Positions 38,738 to 47,181 of a stretch of DNA of 64,000 nt are shown piece by piece. The notes beneath the pieces were generated by a model. That model was given only the letters and a program-made list of their open reading frames with translations. It had not been told where the DNA came from and made no database searches. This stretch comes from a virus, in the IMG/VR virus record IMGVR_UViG_3300046471_000128, positions 32,001 through 96,000 of that record; one strand, given 5' to 3'. Every line of letters begins with the position of its first letter. Positions within the stretch are counted from its first letter, which is position 1. The position numbers and the translations under genes were made by a program.

Positions 38738-38757
38738 CGCCCATCGTTAGATGGGCG
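38738..38757. other. Hairpin at the left edge of the HGGM-free island
   Basis: CGCCCATC GTTA GATGGGCG. Confidence 0.55.
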
Positions 38758-38771
38758 AACTATGACGATAG

Positions 38772-38960
38772 TTAGGTTAGCGTATCAATCGACAGACTGA
38801 ACCGGTCGATTGCATGCGCGTGCATATCGCTCTGTTCGTAAGCGCGCGAATCGTAGCGCGTGGGTTGAAACACTGCATCGAATGCATCGAAGGTTTCACT
38901 GTGCGCACGTTCCCCGTGCTGGGCAATGCGGGCAAAATGAGCGCTCTGCAAGGTTTTCAT
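38772..38960 (-). CDS. Small hypothetical protein in the motif-free island
   Basis: 62-aa ORF starting MKTLQ, downstream of a sigma70 promoter. Confidence 0.55.
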   Translation of the reverse strand: MKTLQSAHFARIAQHGERAHSETFDAFDAVFQPTRYDSRAYEQSDMHAHAIDRFSLSIDTLT

Positions 38961-39024
38961 GGTCTGGTAGGTCGTCAGGTAGCAGGTAGAGAACGCGGGC
39001 GCTTTGTGCGCCCGCTATGCGCGT

Positions 39025-39207
39025 TTAGCGCGACGCGTTCAAGTGAGCACGGGCACGCGCGCGACGCATGCGGGCACGCGTTGCCCGTGTGCGGTGCGGT
39101 GCGTTATTGATGGGTTCGGGCAATGCGTGAAAAGCGAGCACGACAGCAAGCGCGACCAGCAAGACAGACAGCAAGGGTAAAAGGTATTGATTCATCGTTA
39201 GCATCAA
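39025..39207 (-). CDS. Possible small membrane protein
   Basis: Single hydrophobic helix; weak support. Confidence 0.35.
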   Translation of the reverse strand: MMLTMNQYLLPLLSVLLVALAVVLAFHALPEPINNAPHRTRATRARMRRARARAHLNASR

Positions 39208-39261
39208 TCGAAGGGTTAGAAACCCGGGCGCACCGTGCGCCCGGTAAAAGTCACAGGTTCC

Positions 39262-39933
39262 TTATTCTTTCTTCGCGCCCTTTACGAGTGAGAGGGTATC
39301 GCTAGAAGCTTGTTCTACCATCTTTGCAATTGCAGCGACAAAGGGAGATTTAGCATTCACTTCGAGCACTGCGCTTTTACCCTTAACCTTAACCATTTGA
39401 CCCATATTGAGATACTTACAGAAACCATTCACACCGAACGAGCGTGAAACCTTGGTTTCTTCGCTAGTAACACCGACGCCCGGTATCACGCGACGCAGTT
39501 TCGAAACCAGCGACAGGTCTTTAACGATATCGCTAGTCGATTCGTCTCCCTTGCCCGTGTTAGCAAAGTAAAGCGCTTCGCGCGACACTGCGCCCGCATG
39601 CACTGCGCTAAGCAGGGAAAGCGCGGTAACACCGTCAAGCTTGCTGTAGTCTTTCGCATGCAGACAAGCGAAAAATTCTGATACGCGCTTGCAAGCTTTC
39701 ACGCCCATGTTATCTGCAATGGTTGCAAGAAACGTTGTTTCGTCAATGCGCGCTTTTTTCAGCATGCCCGAAGCGAAAACACAAAGCGCGTCATCCCAAT
39801 ATGCGAGAGCGGTTTTGATATCGTCTTGCAAGTGAGCGCTGCCCGTCTTTGTGTTGTAACGATCGTTTGCGCGGTTGAATGCGATTGAAACATTTTCGAG
39901 CGTGAAAATCGTTTCTTTAACTTGTGCGTTCAT
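39262..39933 (-). CDS. Hypothetical protein, candidate immediate-early gene (possible wHTH-like C-terminus)
   Basis: ATG 39933 with AAGGT RBS; canonical sigma70 promoter; atypical codon usage lacking HGGM. Confidence 0.8.
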   Translation of the reverse strand: MNAQVKETIFTLENVSIAFNRANDRYNTKTGSAHLQDDIKTALAYWDDALCVFASGMLKKARIDETTFLATIADNMGVKACKRVSEFFACLHAKDYSKLDGVTALSLLSAVHAGAVSREALYFANTGKGDESTSDIVKDLSLVSKLRRVIPGVGVTSEETKVSRSFGVNGFCKYLNMGQMVKVKGKSAVLEVNAKSPFVAAIAKMVEQASSDTLSLVKGAKKE

Positions 39934-39993
39934 TTTGATTACCTTTGATTGAGTGTTGGTCTGTTTGCCCGGTCTCGCTGAACCGGTAGAGAA

Positions 39994-40022
39994 ATAGTAA
40001 CCGCACACCTAGCCCGGTGCAA
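39994..40022 (-). promoter_or_regulatory. Sigma70-type promoter TTGCAC-N17-TACTAT
   Basis: -35 at 40022-40017 and -10 at 39999-39994. Confidence 0.65.
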
Positions 40023-40260
40023 TAAGTATGCGAAAAAAAACGTATGGCTTTTCTATTCGCGTTGTTTTTCAGAGGAGTGCTTGAAAGGTGTTTTTGACTG
40101 TGCTATTTGCGCGGGCGCACCTGCATGCATGCTCAATAGGGAGCGCGCATATCGAATGCTTAGATAGGGATACGATGTATCGTGGATCTGATTAATCGAT
40201 CATAGGGAGTTCGAACTATGTGATTGTTCGTGGACCCGATTAACCGGTCGTTAGCGGAGC

Positions 40261-40320
40261 GACGCTTCGTGGCCCGACGCTTCGTGGCCCGATGCTTCGT
40301 GGAGCGATGATTCGTGGAAC
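40261..40320. repeat. Four tandem 15-bp repeats GA(C/T)G(C/A)TTCGTGG(A/C)NC
   Basis: Read directly; degenerate copies near 40180 and 40228. Confidence 0.85.
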
Positions 40321-40535
40321 CGATGACCACGGCGCCCAGCGGGCGCCGGTGCCCGAACCGCGCCATCCCTGCCCTGCCCGCAGCCGGTGCCGGTTTCTGC
40401 CAATCCGCCCTTACCTGGCCCGGGTTTTTCCAAAAATTGCCACGGATTTGAACGGAACCCGGGCGCCCGCCCCACAGCAAGCCACGGCACGCCATCCGAG
40501 CGCTTACGGGCACCCAGCCACGGCAGTGTAGAACG

Positions 40536-40568
40536 AAAAAAGGGCTGGCACCCGAAGGTGGCAGCCCA
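40536..40568 (-). terminator. Intrinsic terminator with cUUCGg loop
   Basis: GGGCTG-GCACC cgaa GGTG-GCAGCCC with T-run on the minus strand. Confidence 0.65.
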
Positions 40569-40628
40569 AAAGTCTTACGTATCACAGTAGGACTCACTCA
40601 GGTAAATCGAGGCGAAGCATACAGCAGG

Positions 40629-40796
40629 TCAGTCCCAGCGTGCGCGCTCTTCAACAAACGGACGACGGCGGCGCGTGGTGAGCGTGCGGAGTTCCCGCTG
40701 CTCTTCGAATTCTTGGAAAAGCTCCAGCTCCGTGAGCTCCGCATCGAGGTGGTCATCGGACAGCAACGATTCGACATGGATCTGACGGACTTGCAT
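40629..40796 (-). CDS. Small acidic hypothetical protein
   Basis: AGGAGAG RBS before MQVRQ; preceded by the repeated promoter element. Confidence 0.6.
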   Translation of the reverse strand: MQVRQIHVESLLSDDHLDAELTELELFQEFEEQRELRTLTTRRRRPFVEERARWD

Positions 40797-41191
40797 GGTT
40801 CTCTCCTGGGTAGGTCGGTGCAGCGCTCGTTGCGCTGCGACAGAAGAGAGTTTGACGGGCAAGTCTTGGATCACGCGTGCTGCGCTGCAGGCTCTTTATA
40901 GCCCCGCCACGGCCCCTGCAAGCAGCAGGTGCGCGTGAGCACACCCGCTGGCCCTGCTAGGGCGACCGATGGCGTCGACGCGCTTCGACACTGCGGCGGT
41001 GCTTTGCACGGCTCAGACGACAGACGAATGAATCAAGGAACAACACGAGCAGGAAGATCAAGATAAACAGCGCACCGTGGATCGGAATCAGCCACAGCCC
41101 GCCTTCATAGAGCAGCTTCATGGCTGGTCCCTGTGAGTGGTCAAGTGATTATCGTATTGACGCACTCACGGACCCGGGCGCTAGGAAGTCA

Positions 41192-41581
41192 TCAGGCCAG
41201 GTGGATCAGGTGTCCAAGGGCCGGCATCAGCTTGGCGACGTGGTGCGAGAGGCTCATCACGGAGAACCCGTCATCGAAGCCGATCACCGCAAGGGCCAGC
41301 GCACCGAAGGCGGCGCCCCGCTCGATCAGCTTGCCGCCGCGGCCCGCCATCCACTGCAGCGCCGCGTTCGAGACGGTCGGCTGCTTGCGCTCCGGCGCAT
41401 ACAGATTAACGTCTACCACCACCTCTTCAATGCGCGTCGCCGAGATCACCTCGATGCCATCGCGTTTATATGCCTGCACCATTGCCGCTACTACCCCTTC
41501 GATGGCCGCATTGTCGGAGCTCGTCGACACCGTAAATAGCTCGCCTTCCTGGTCTACACACTCGAATGTGATCCTGCTCAT
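41192..41581 (-). CDS. Hypothetical protein
   Basis: RBS and ORF with C-terminal hydrophobic segment. Confidence 0.6.
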   Translation of the reverse strand: MSRITFECVDQEGELFTVSTSSDNAAIEGVVAAMVQAYKRDGIEVISATRIEEVVVDVNLYAPERKQPTVSNAALQWMAGRGGKLIERGAAFGALALAVIGFDDGFSVMSLSHHVAKLMPALGHLIHLA

Positions 41582-42058
41582 TTCCCTACGACTCCAGATT
41601 CTTATTGATGAAGTGCCGATTGGATGCGGAGACGTTGGTGTCCCCTGCGCATGGGTCGAGATTGTCCATCAAACGTTTGCTGTCCAACAGATCAGGATTC
41701 AGCGTCATCTGCTAAGCAATCTTTTCCGATTCCTTATCTGGCAAGGGTTTTCACTGACATAAGTGTCAGATACATCGCTCCGCCATCGGTAAAAAATGTT
41801 AAAAAGGTAACATTTTGTAGCCGGAGGGCAACACTTAGTCGGTAAAAAGACCGGGATACCCAATTTGGCAGTAGATATCCCTTGCGTCCGCGTTAGAAGT
41901 GGTGTCGGCGTGCGCGTCGCTCTTCAGCCCGTTGCGTCTGACGCGCCATGCGATACGCTTCCCGCGGCTCAGCCCCTGCCGAGCGTGCACCCAGATAGAC
42001 CGCCCGCTCGATGAACGTGCGCAGCGTCCCGGCAGCGTAGTGTGTGGTTGCTGGCATC

Positions 42059-42235
42059 TCAGTGACCCCGCATCAGGTTGGCGATACGCTTGGGCATCGC
42101 ACAGCGCTTCAGACGGGCGGCGCGCTTCAGACCACCCGTGAAGAGGTCGATCAAGAACCAGAATGCGGCACCTATCACGACCGCGGCGAGAATCACGAGC
42201 AGCACGGCAAAGAACCACTGCAACTGTTCGAACAT
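42059..42235 (-). CDS. Small membrane protein (58 aa)
   Basis: GAGGT RBS; MFEQLQWFFAVLLVILAAVVIGAAFWFLI; repeated promoter element upstream. Confidence 0.55.
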   Translation of the reverse strand: MFEQLQWFFAVLLVILAAVVIGAAFWFLIDLFTGGLKRAARLKRCAMPKRIANLMRGH

Positions 42236-42394
42236 GGGACACCTCGTTGATGGGAGAGACTTCAGTCTCCCGACGAGGCTTCGGATGACACCCGGATACG
42301 TTTGCCCTCACGTGGCCGTGTGATATCACCTGGCCGTGGTAACCCAGGCTGCTTTCGGTCCTCCGATACACTATCCGCACCGGGAGGGCCATCT

Positions 42395-42706
42395 ATGACG
42401 TTGCTCGACTATCTGTCGATCGCCGCCACGCTTATAGGCTTTGCCATCTTTGTCACCCAACTTGTGCTGCTCGAACGCGAGCGCCGGATAACGCTTGCTC
42501 GATTGACCAAGTGGGCTTTGCTCCACGCATCGATTGTCGGCACCGGTCTGAGCGTCCTGATGCTCTCTAAATCATCTCCTTGGCTCATCGAAGATCCTGA
42601 CGCCTCTTCTCCCGTGCGTCTAAACATGCTCTCCACGAAGGATTTCATCGCCTTTGCGGTCATCTATATCTTCGTCGCGTGGCGCTCGTTGAAGTCATTG
42701 GAGTAG
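42395..42706 (+). CDS. Membrane protein with three predicted TM helices
   Basis: GGAGG RBS before ATG 42395; hydrophobic helices; lower GC. Confidence 0.55.
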   Translation: MTLLDYLSIAATLIGFAIFVTQLVLLERERRITLARLTKWALLHASIVGTGLSVLMLSKSSPWLIEDPDASSPVRLNMLSTKDFIAFAVIYIFVAWRSLKSLE

Positions 42707-42771
42707 GCAATCCACGGCGTGCCACGGCAACGAGCACACAAAGAACAACGGGCACACGGCCCGTCATCGGA

Positions 42772-43056
42772 TCAACCGAGGTCGCTGAAGTCGTGCCCGG
42801 AGCAATCGATGATCTCGACACGGCGCACCTGCGCAACCCGGCACTCACCGACGGGGATCATCATGAGGTGCGCCATCAGACGCCCGAACTGCGCTTCGGA
42901 CAGAAAGACAGGCGTCATGTGATACATCGAGCGGAGGTGCGCGTCGACAAAATCCTTCGACTCTTTGAGGCCCATCCCGGTGGTCGCACGGATCAGCTTG
43001 ATGAGCGGAATGCGATCGGTCGTGTTCGATTCGAGATAGGCTTTGATCTTCTTCAT
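42772..43056 (-). CDS. Protein with ribosomal L7/L12 C-terminal-like motif
   Basis: RIPLIKLIRATTGMGLKESKDFVD resembles bL12 [24 protein letters not shown]. Confidence 0.65.
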   Translation of the reverse strand: MKKIKAYLESNTTDRIPLIKLIRATTGMGLKESKDFVDAHLRSMYHMTPVFLSEAQFGRLMAHLMMIPVGECRVAQVRRVEIIDCSGHDFSDLG

Positions 43057-43119
43057 GCTGCGCTCCCTGCGCTGGTTGGTGAGCTTCTATTTTCTCGACC
43101 AACACATGGCCCAGACTTG

Positions 43120-43460
43120 GATACTTATAGGGCGCCAAGGGACTACTTTCCATAGGGCCACCGTCCGCGGCGGGCCAATCTTATACGTGGCAGGTGCCTA
43201 TACTTATACGTAGCACGGGCCAATCTTATAGAGCGCCAGCCGATACTTATACGAGCCACGGCGCGCCTTACGGGCCTGCAGCCACGGCAATTTGGCCAAG
43301 GATTTGAACGGATTCTGGGAGGGTGGCACGCCGCGGCCCTTGCTGGGCTTGGCTTTGAGCGAACATGGCTCGGGTTGGCTTGGCGAGTTCCCATAAGAAA
43401 ATTCTGTGGCGTGTCGATTGAAAGACAATGAAGCGCCGCAACAGCATGGAGCTCTTATAG
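43120..43460. repeat. Phased CTTATA(C/G) repeat array
   Basis: CTTATA at 43124, 43180, 43203, 43225, 43246 and 43454. Confidence 0.8.
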
Positions 43461-43938
43461 AGCCGAAGCGTATGTCTTGTGTCTCCATACCGGATCATCT
43501 ATGTGCATGAGTGTCGTTTAGGGCTTCCCTAGCCGTGATCTCTCTTACGGGATTGTCGTCCTCGGCGTTTCCGCCACAAGCATCATTCTTTCCTTTCTCT
43601 CTACTGGTAAAAGGGTTTGCGCCCGATCTGGTGGTTCGGACTCTAGCGTTGCGCTTCTCAGATCGCTTGGCATCGGGCTTGTTTGCGTTGCGGGTTGTCT
43701 GCTTACCTGTCGGGAAATGGAACGCTCGGCGCGGGCTTAGCGTTCTCTCTGGGCGGGCGTAATGGCGCTGCAATTGGGTCGAAAGTGCGGGCCTTACGGA
43801 AATACGCTAATACTGTTTACTATCAATGACTTACGGGCGTTTCGATCCGTGGCTGTCTCGGGGACGAAATAACACCCTGTATTTCCTAGTTTTCGTGCCG
43901 TTATCATGCGTGCGAATCGGATAACTAGAGGAACGAGA

Positions 43939-44322
43939 ATGCTGAGGAAATGGGTGGTTTGCGGCGCGCTCGCGTGTGCGGCTAGCAGCGCGTCCGCTGC
44001 GAATTGGGTCGTCTTGGATCGACAACCGGATATCACGAAAAGCGTGGATCTCTCTACCGTTGTCGTCAACGGCATCTATCGCAAGGTGTGGGTGCGATCC
44101 GACTACACGAACGGGTTGAAGATGCCAGGCGGGCAGAACATTGGGCAAATATTCTTGCGCTACACGCTGCGCTGCTCGGATCGTGAGTATGCGTCAGGTC
44201 AGCTCATTGCCTATGACCGTGGTGGGCAAATGGTGCATTCGGAAGACGGCGACCCGAACAAGTTCGAGGAAGCGGTGCCGGGCTCATTTGGGGAAGCCAT
44301 GCTTATCTCTCAATGCAAATGA
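43939..44322 (+). CDS. Exported protein (surface-adhesin-E-like)
   Basis: Signal peptide ending ASA-ANW; RKVWVR, Cys, VPGSFGEAM..C motifs. Confidence 0.6.
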   Translation: MLRKWVVCGALACAASSASAANWVVLDRQPDITKSVDLSTVVVNGIYRKVWVRSDYTNGLKMPGGQNIGQIFLRYTLRCSDREYASGQLIAYDRGGQMVHSEDGDPNKFEEAVPGSFGEAMLISQCK

Positions 44323-44335
44323 GACGGCACCGTCG

Positions 44336-44983
44336 CTAGCGCGTGCGGCCCCATCCGAGCGCTGCTGGCCGGCTGTAGTCGGCGAACTTCACCTTGAGCC
44401 AATCCTTTGAGCGACCGCGCTGATACGGCGCGTCGAGTCGCTTGCCTACCATCCCTTCAAAGTCGTGCTGTTTCACCTGATCGAACACCCATGCCCCTGC
44501 CGAGACGACTCCGGTCACGTAGACGAGCACGGCGGTGTTCTCGAATGAGTCGCGCAACAGCTCTTTTCGTTCGACGAGTGGCAGCTGCCTAATGTCGCGC
44601 TCACCATCGGCGAGCATGTCGAACACGTAGAGACGCGCCGGGTGCAGCTTCATGGCGGCGCGCACGCGTGTTGCGACCGATGTGCGGGCACGGATCTGCA
44701 GACGCTCGAACGAGGACTGGCCGGTTGGCTCGTCGACCGTGAGCTCCGCATCCCACACGAAGTTGCCATACACGTTCTCGACCGCCGCGACCACATCAGG
44801 AAACGAGCGATTCATGAGGTTGCCCTGCCGCGAGATCAGCTCGACCCGCGAGCCGACCTTGCGCACCAGACAGCGGAACCCGTCGTATTTAAGTTCGAAC
44901 AGCCAATCCTCACGGGAAAACGGCGCGCGGTTGAGCGTGGCGAGCATCAGGTCGCCCGCGTCGATCAGCGGGATGGCACTCAC
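44336..44983 (-). CDS. ATP-dependent DNA ligase, adenylation domain only (LigD-like)
   Basis: WLFELKYDGFR, DAEL, YVFDML, EGMVGK, WLKVK. Confidence 0.88.
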   Translation of the reverse strand: MSAIPLIDAGDLMLATLNRAPFSREDWLFELKYDGFRCLVRKVGSRVELISRQGNLMNRSFPDVVAAVENVYGNFVWDAELTVDEPTGQSSFERLQIRARTSVATRVRAAMKLHPARLYVFDMLADGERDIRQLPLVERKELLRDSFENTAVLVYVTGVVSAGAWVFDQVKQHDFEGMVGKRLDAPYQRGRSKDWLKVKFADYSRPAALGWGRTR

Positions 44984-45180
44984 AACTTTGAGATCCGCGC
45001 GCTGACGAAGGCGAGCTTCGCCCAGGCATAGGCTTGGGCGCTAACTTCACTGCGATTGCAGCCCGAGTAGGCGCAGAAGTGGTCGAAGTCGTCGAGCACC
45101 GTGTGGCCGTGCTCGTCCGGTGTCAGCGGGCGCGCAGCAAGGATGTCGGCGAGCATTTCGTCTGGATTTCCATAGCACAT
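44980..45180 (-). CDS. Hypothetical protein
   Basis: GGAGG RBS; coupled to the ligase gene. Confidence 0.6.
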   Translation of the reverse strand: MCYGNPDEMLADILAARPLTPDEHGHTVLDDFDHFCAYSGCNRSEVSAQAYAWAKLAFVSARISKL

Positions 45181-45251
45181 GGGAGCCTCCGTGGAGTGTC
45201 AAACCCTTGAGCATAAAGGATTCCCGGTCGCTGGACCGGGAAGCTGGCGCG

Positions 45252-45551
45252 TTACCAGTCGTATTGCGGCAGGTCCGCGACCACGCTCTGATCACAGTCC
45301 ATGCGCAACCACTTGAGGTTGTGCCGGTTGCCCCACTCCATCACTTCGCGCAGGTCCGCCGGCAGGTTCAGTTCGTCGAGCAGGTCGCTCGGCTGCACCC
45401 AGAGGAACCAGCCGTGCTCATACGCGGCGACGATCGTCCACGGGCATTGAGCGTCGCCCTTGTCCAGTTGCTCCGCCGTCTCTCTCGTGACGTGGCACGT
45501 CGAGATCGCTGGGATGATGTCCACGTTGAAAATTTCTACGTTGCTGCTCAT
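45252..45551 (-). CDS. Hypothetical protein (DUF5983-like)
   Basis: ISTCHVT..YEHGWF..WLRMDCD..LPQYDW. Confidence 0.6.
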   Translation of the reverse strand: MSSNVEIFNVDIIPAISTCHVTRETAEQLDKGDAQCPWTIVAAYEHGWFLWVQPSDLLDELNLPADLREVMEWGNRHNLKWLRMDCDQSVVADLPQYDW

Positions 45552-45596
45552 GTGCTTCTCCAAGCTGCGCCCGGGCGCTCGGCCCGGGCTGTGGTG

Positions 45597-46112
45597 TTAT
45601 TCGGGCAGGAGCTCGTCGCTCAGCATTTCGAGCAGCGTCTCGCTGTCATGGCACACCAGCGTGGTGATGTCGTCATCGACCGGCACGCCCGCGTCGCGCA
45701 GAATCTTGAGCACGGTTTGCGCGCGCGCAACGACGTCGGCATCGACCTCATCGTCATCGACGTGTCCGTCTTGCGTCTCGACCAGGCGACGCGCAAAGCA
45801 CACGGCCCACTCTTCGGGCGTGGCGCAGGTGTATTCCCACGGTGACGCACCTGCGGCGCCCATATCGCCCGACAGGTCGAAAACCCACTTGTGGTCAGGA
45901 CCGCGCCCGATGATGACCTTCGCGGCTGCGTAGACCATCGAGACGGACTCGACGCAGATCGCGTGTTTGTGGAACTGGTCGATCACGAACCCGTAGGCGT
46001 CGAGATACAGGTTGTCGAGCGTCTGGTTGGACTCTTGCACGAGCTGCTCGGCGGAGGGCTTGAACTCGGACGTGTCGACAGTCGCGAGGATTTCTTCGTA
46101 GGTGATGGACAT
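45597..46112 (-). CDS. Acidic hypothetical protein
   Basis: ATG 46112 downstream of the promoter element. Confidence 0.65.
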   Translation of the reverse strand: MSITYEEILATVDTSEFKPSAEQLVQESNQTLDNLYLDAYGFVIDQFHKHAICVESVSMVYAAAKVIIGRGPDHKWVFDLSGDMGAAGASPWEYTCATPEEWAVCFARRLVETQDGHVDDDEVDADVVARAQTVLKILRDAGVPVDDDITTLVCHDSETLLEMLSDELLPE

Positions 46113-46132
46113 GGTGTGTCTGGGTGGTTGTG

Positions 46133-46180
46133 GTTGCGATGAAGTCATTCTCCCGACCCGGGTGTGGCCCGGGCCCGGAT
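46133..46180 (-). promoter_or_regulatory. Repeated hairpin-promoter element (representative copy)
   Basis: Plus strand GTTGCGAT..ATTCT-N13-TGGC-N7-CGGAT; about 17 copies between 40.8 and 62.5 kb. Confidence 0.8.
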
Positions 46181-46187
46181 CGGTTGA

Positions 46188-46580
46188 TCAGTGGGCGGAC
46201 GTAAGCATTTCGGGAATGACCATCGGCAAGCTGGTCGAGCACGGCTCGTCGAGATTCAGAATGTCGAACGCTTCGGCGACAGGGCGGCCCGGGTGCGCGT
46301 AGGCGTTCAGCGTCGCGGTCACGCACGCTTCAAGGTGGTCGGCGTCACGGTAGTGCGGCGACACGCCCGCGTCGAAGGATTCGACGATCACCGTGTTCCC
46401 GTGCAGGATCACCTTACCGACGCACGGGATCGGCCCGGTGTGGTCAGGATGCTCGAACTTCACGACCAGGACGACACCACCGTCGGCACGGGTGCGCAGA
46501 CGGTAAAGGCGCGTGTGGTGCACGTTGCGGTAGGCGTGAGCATGGGCACGGCGCTGCTCGGGATTCAGGTTGAGGCTCAT
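46188..46580 (-). CDS. Hypothetical protein
   Basis: ATG 46580 after element 46598-46645. Confidence 0.6.
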   Translation of the reverse strand: MSLNLNPEQRRAHAHAYRNVHHTRLYRLRTRADGGVVLVVKFEHPDHTGPIPCVGKVILHGNTVIVESFDAGVSPHYRDADHLEACVTATLNAYAHPGRPVAEAFDILNLDEPCSTSLPMVIPEMLTSAH

Positions 46581-46621
46581 GATGTTTCTCATGTGTCGTT
46601 TCGATAGACACAGTTTCCCGA

Positions 46622-46918
46622 TCACGCACTGGCGCGCTGTCGGATCGTTTGTGCGGTGTGCGGCACCGGGTAGCGGGCGACCAGCCACTCGGTGAACTGC
46701 TGTTGTTCGGCGAACCCCATCTCTGCTCGGACCGTTGCGTGCACATCGCACCAGAGCTTCGCCTGGTGGCCGATCCAGTAGACATAGGGCCGCGTGTGGT
46801 GCGTGCCGTAGCGCGCCATGTCCTTCGCAAGCTGCTCCGCCGGCGACCCTGCCCCGTGCGCGATACAGTAGGCGGCGTAGCGCGGCGTCGCGCCCTTGAA
46901 CGGGCCGCGCGCGATCAC
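46622..46918 (-). CDS. Hypothetical protein
   Basis: Coupled ORF. Confidence 0.55.
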   Translation of the reverse strand: MIARGPFKGATPRYAAYCIAHGAGSPAEQLAKDMARYGTHHTRPYVYWIGHQAKLWCDVHATVRAEMGFAEQQQFTEWLVARYPVPHTAQTIRQRASA

Positions 46919-47181
46919 CAGCAGACCTCGATCTGTTCCACCTGCTCGGGGTCGATGAGGACATGGCGCCCGGTGGGTGCGAGATCGGCATCAGGGCGGG
47001 GCTCCCACAGCTCCAGCTCCAGCAGCAGCCCGCCTTTGTGCACGCGCATTTCGCCGCCGTAGACCGAGCCGTGCACCTGCCGACCCGAGCGCAGCCACAG
47101 GTTCACGGTGTAGCCGTTCCCGTCGTTCTTCTCGTCGTTCGCGTCAGCGAGCGCGTAGGCAACGATCGTGCGCCCGCTCAT
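46915..47181 (-). CDS. Small Sm/LSm-like beta protein
   Basis: VNLWLRSGRQVHGSV..VLIDPEQVEQIE. Confidence 0.5.
   Translation of the reverse strand: MSGRTIVAYALADANDEKNDGNGYTVNLWLRSGRQVHGSVYGGEMRVHKGGLLLELELWEPRPDADLAPTGRHVLIDPEQVEQIEVCW

Noticed and set aside
40180-40330. CRISPR array
   Set aside because: 15-bp tandem units without unique spacers; no cas genes
43143-43773. ORFs over the repeat arrays (also 40160..40597 and 38145..38744)
   Set aside because: Translations mirror DNA repeats, with no RBS or codon bias; probably non-coding
45221-45242. Perfect 9-bp stem as another HGGM promoter copy
   Set aside because: Has TGGA in the hairpin but lacks the 13-nt spacing to a -10 box; may be a terminator or a degenerate copy
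46165-46180. Sigma54 promoters from the TGGC boxes
   Set aside because: TGGC lies on the non-coding strand and is not followed by the -12 TTGC
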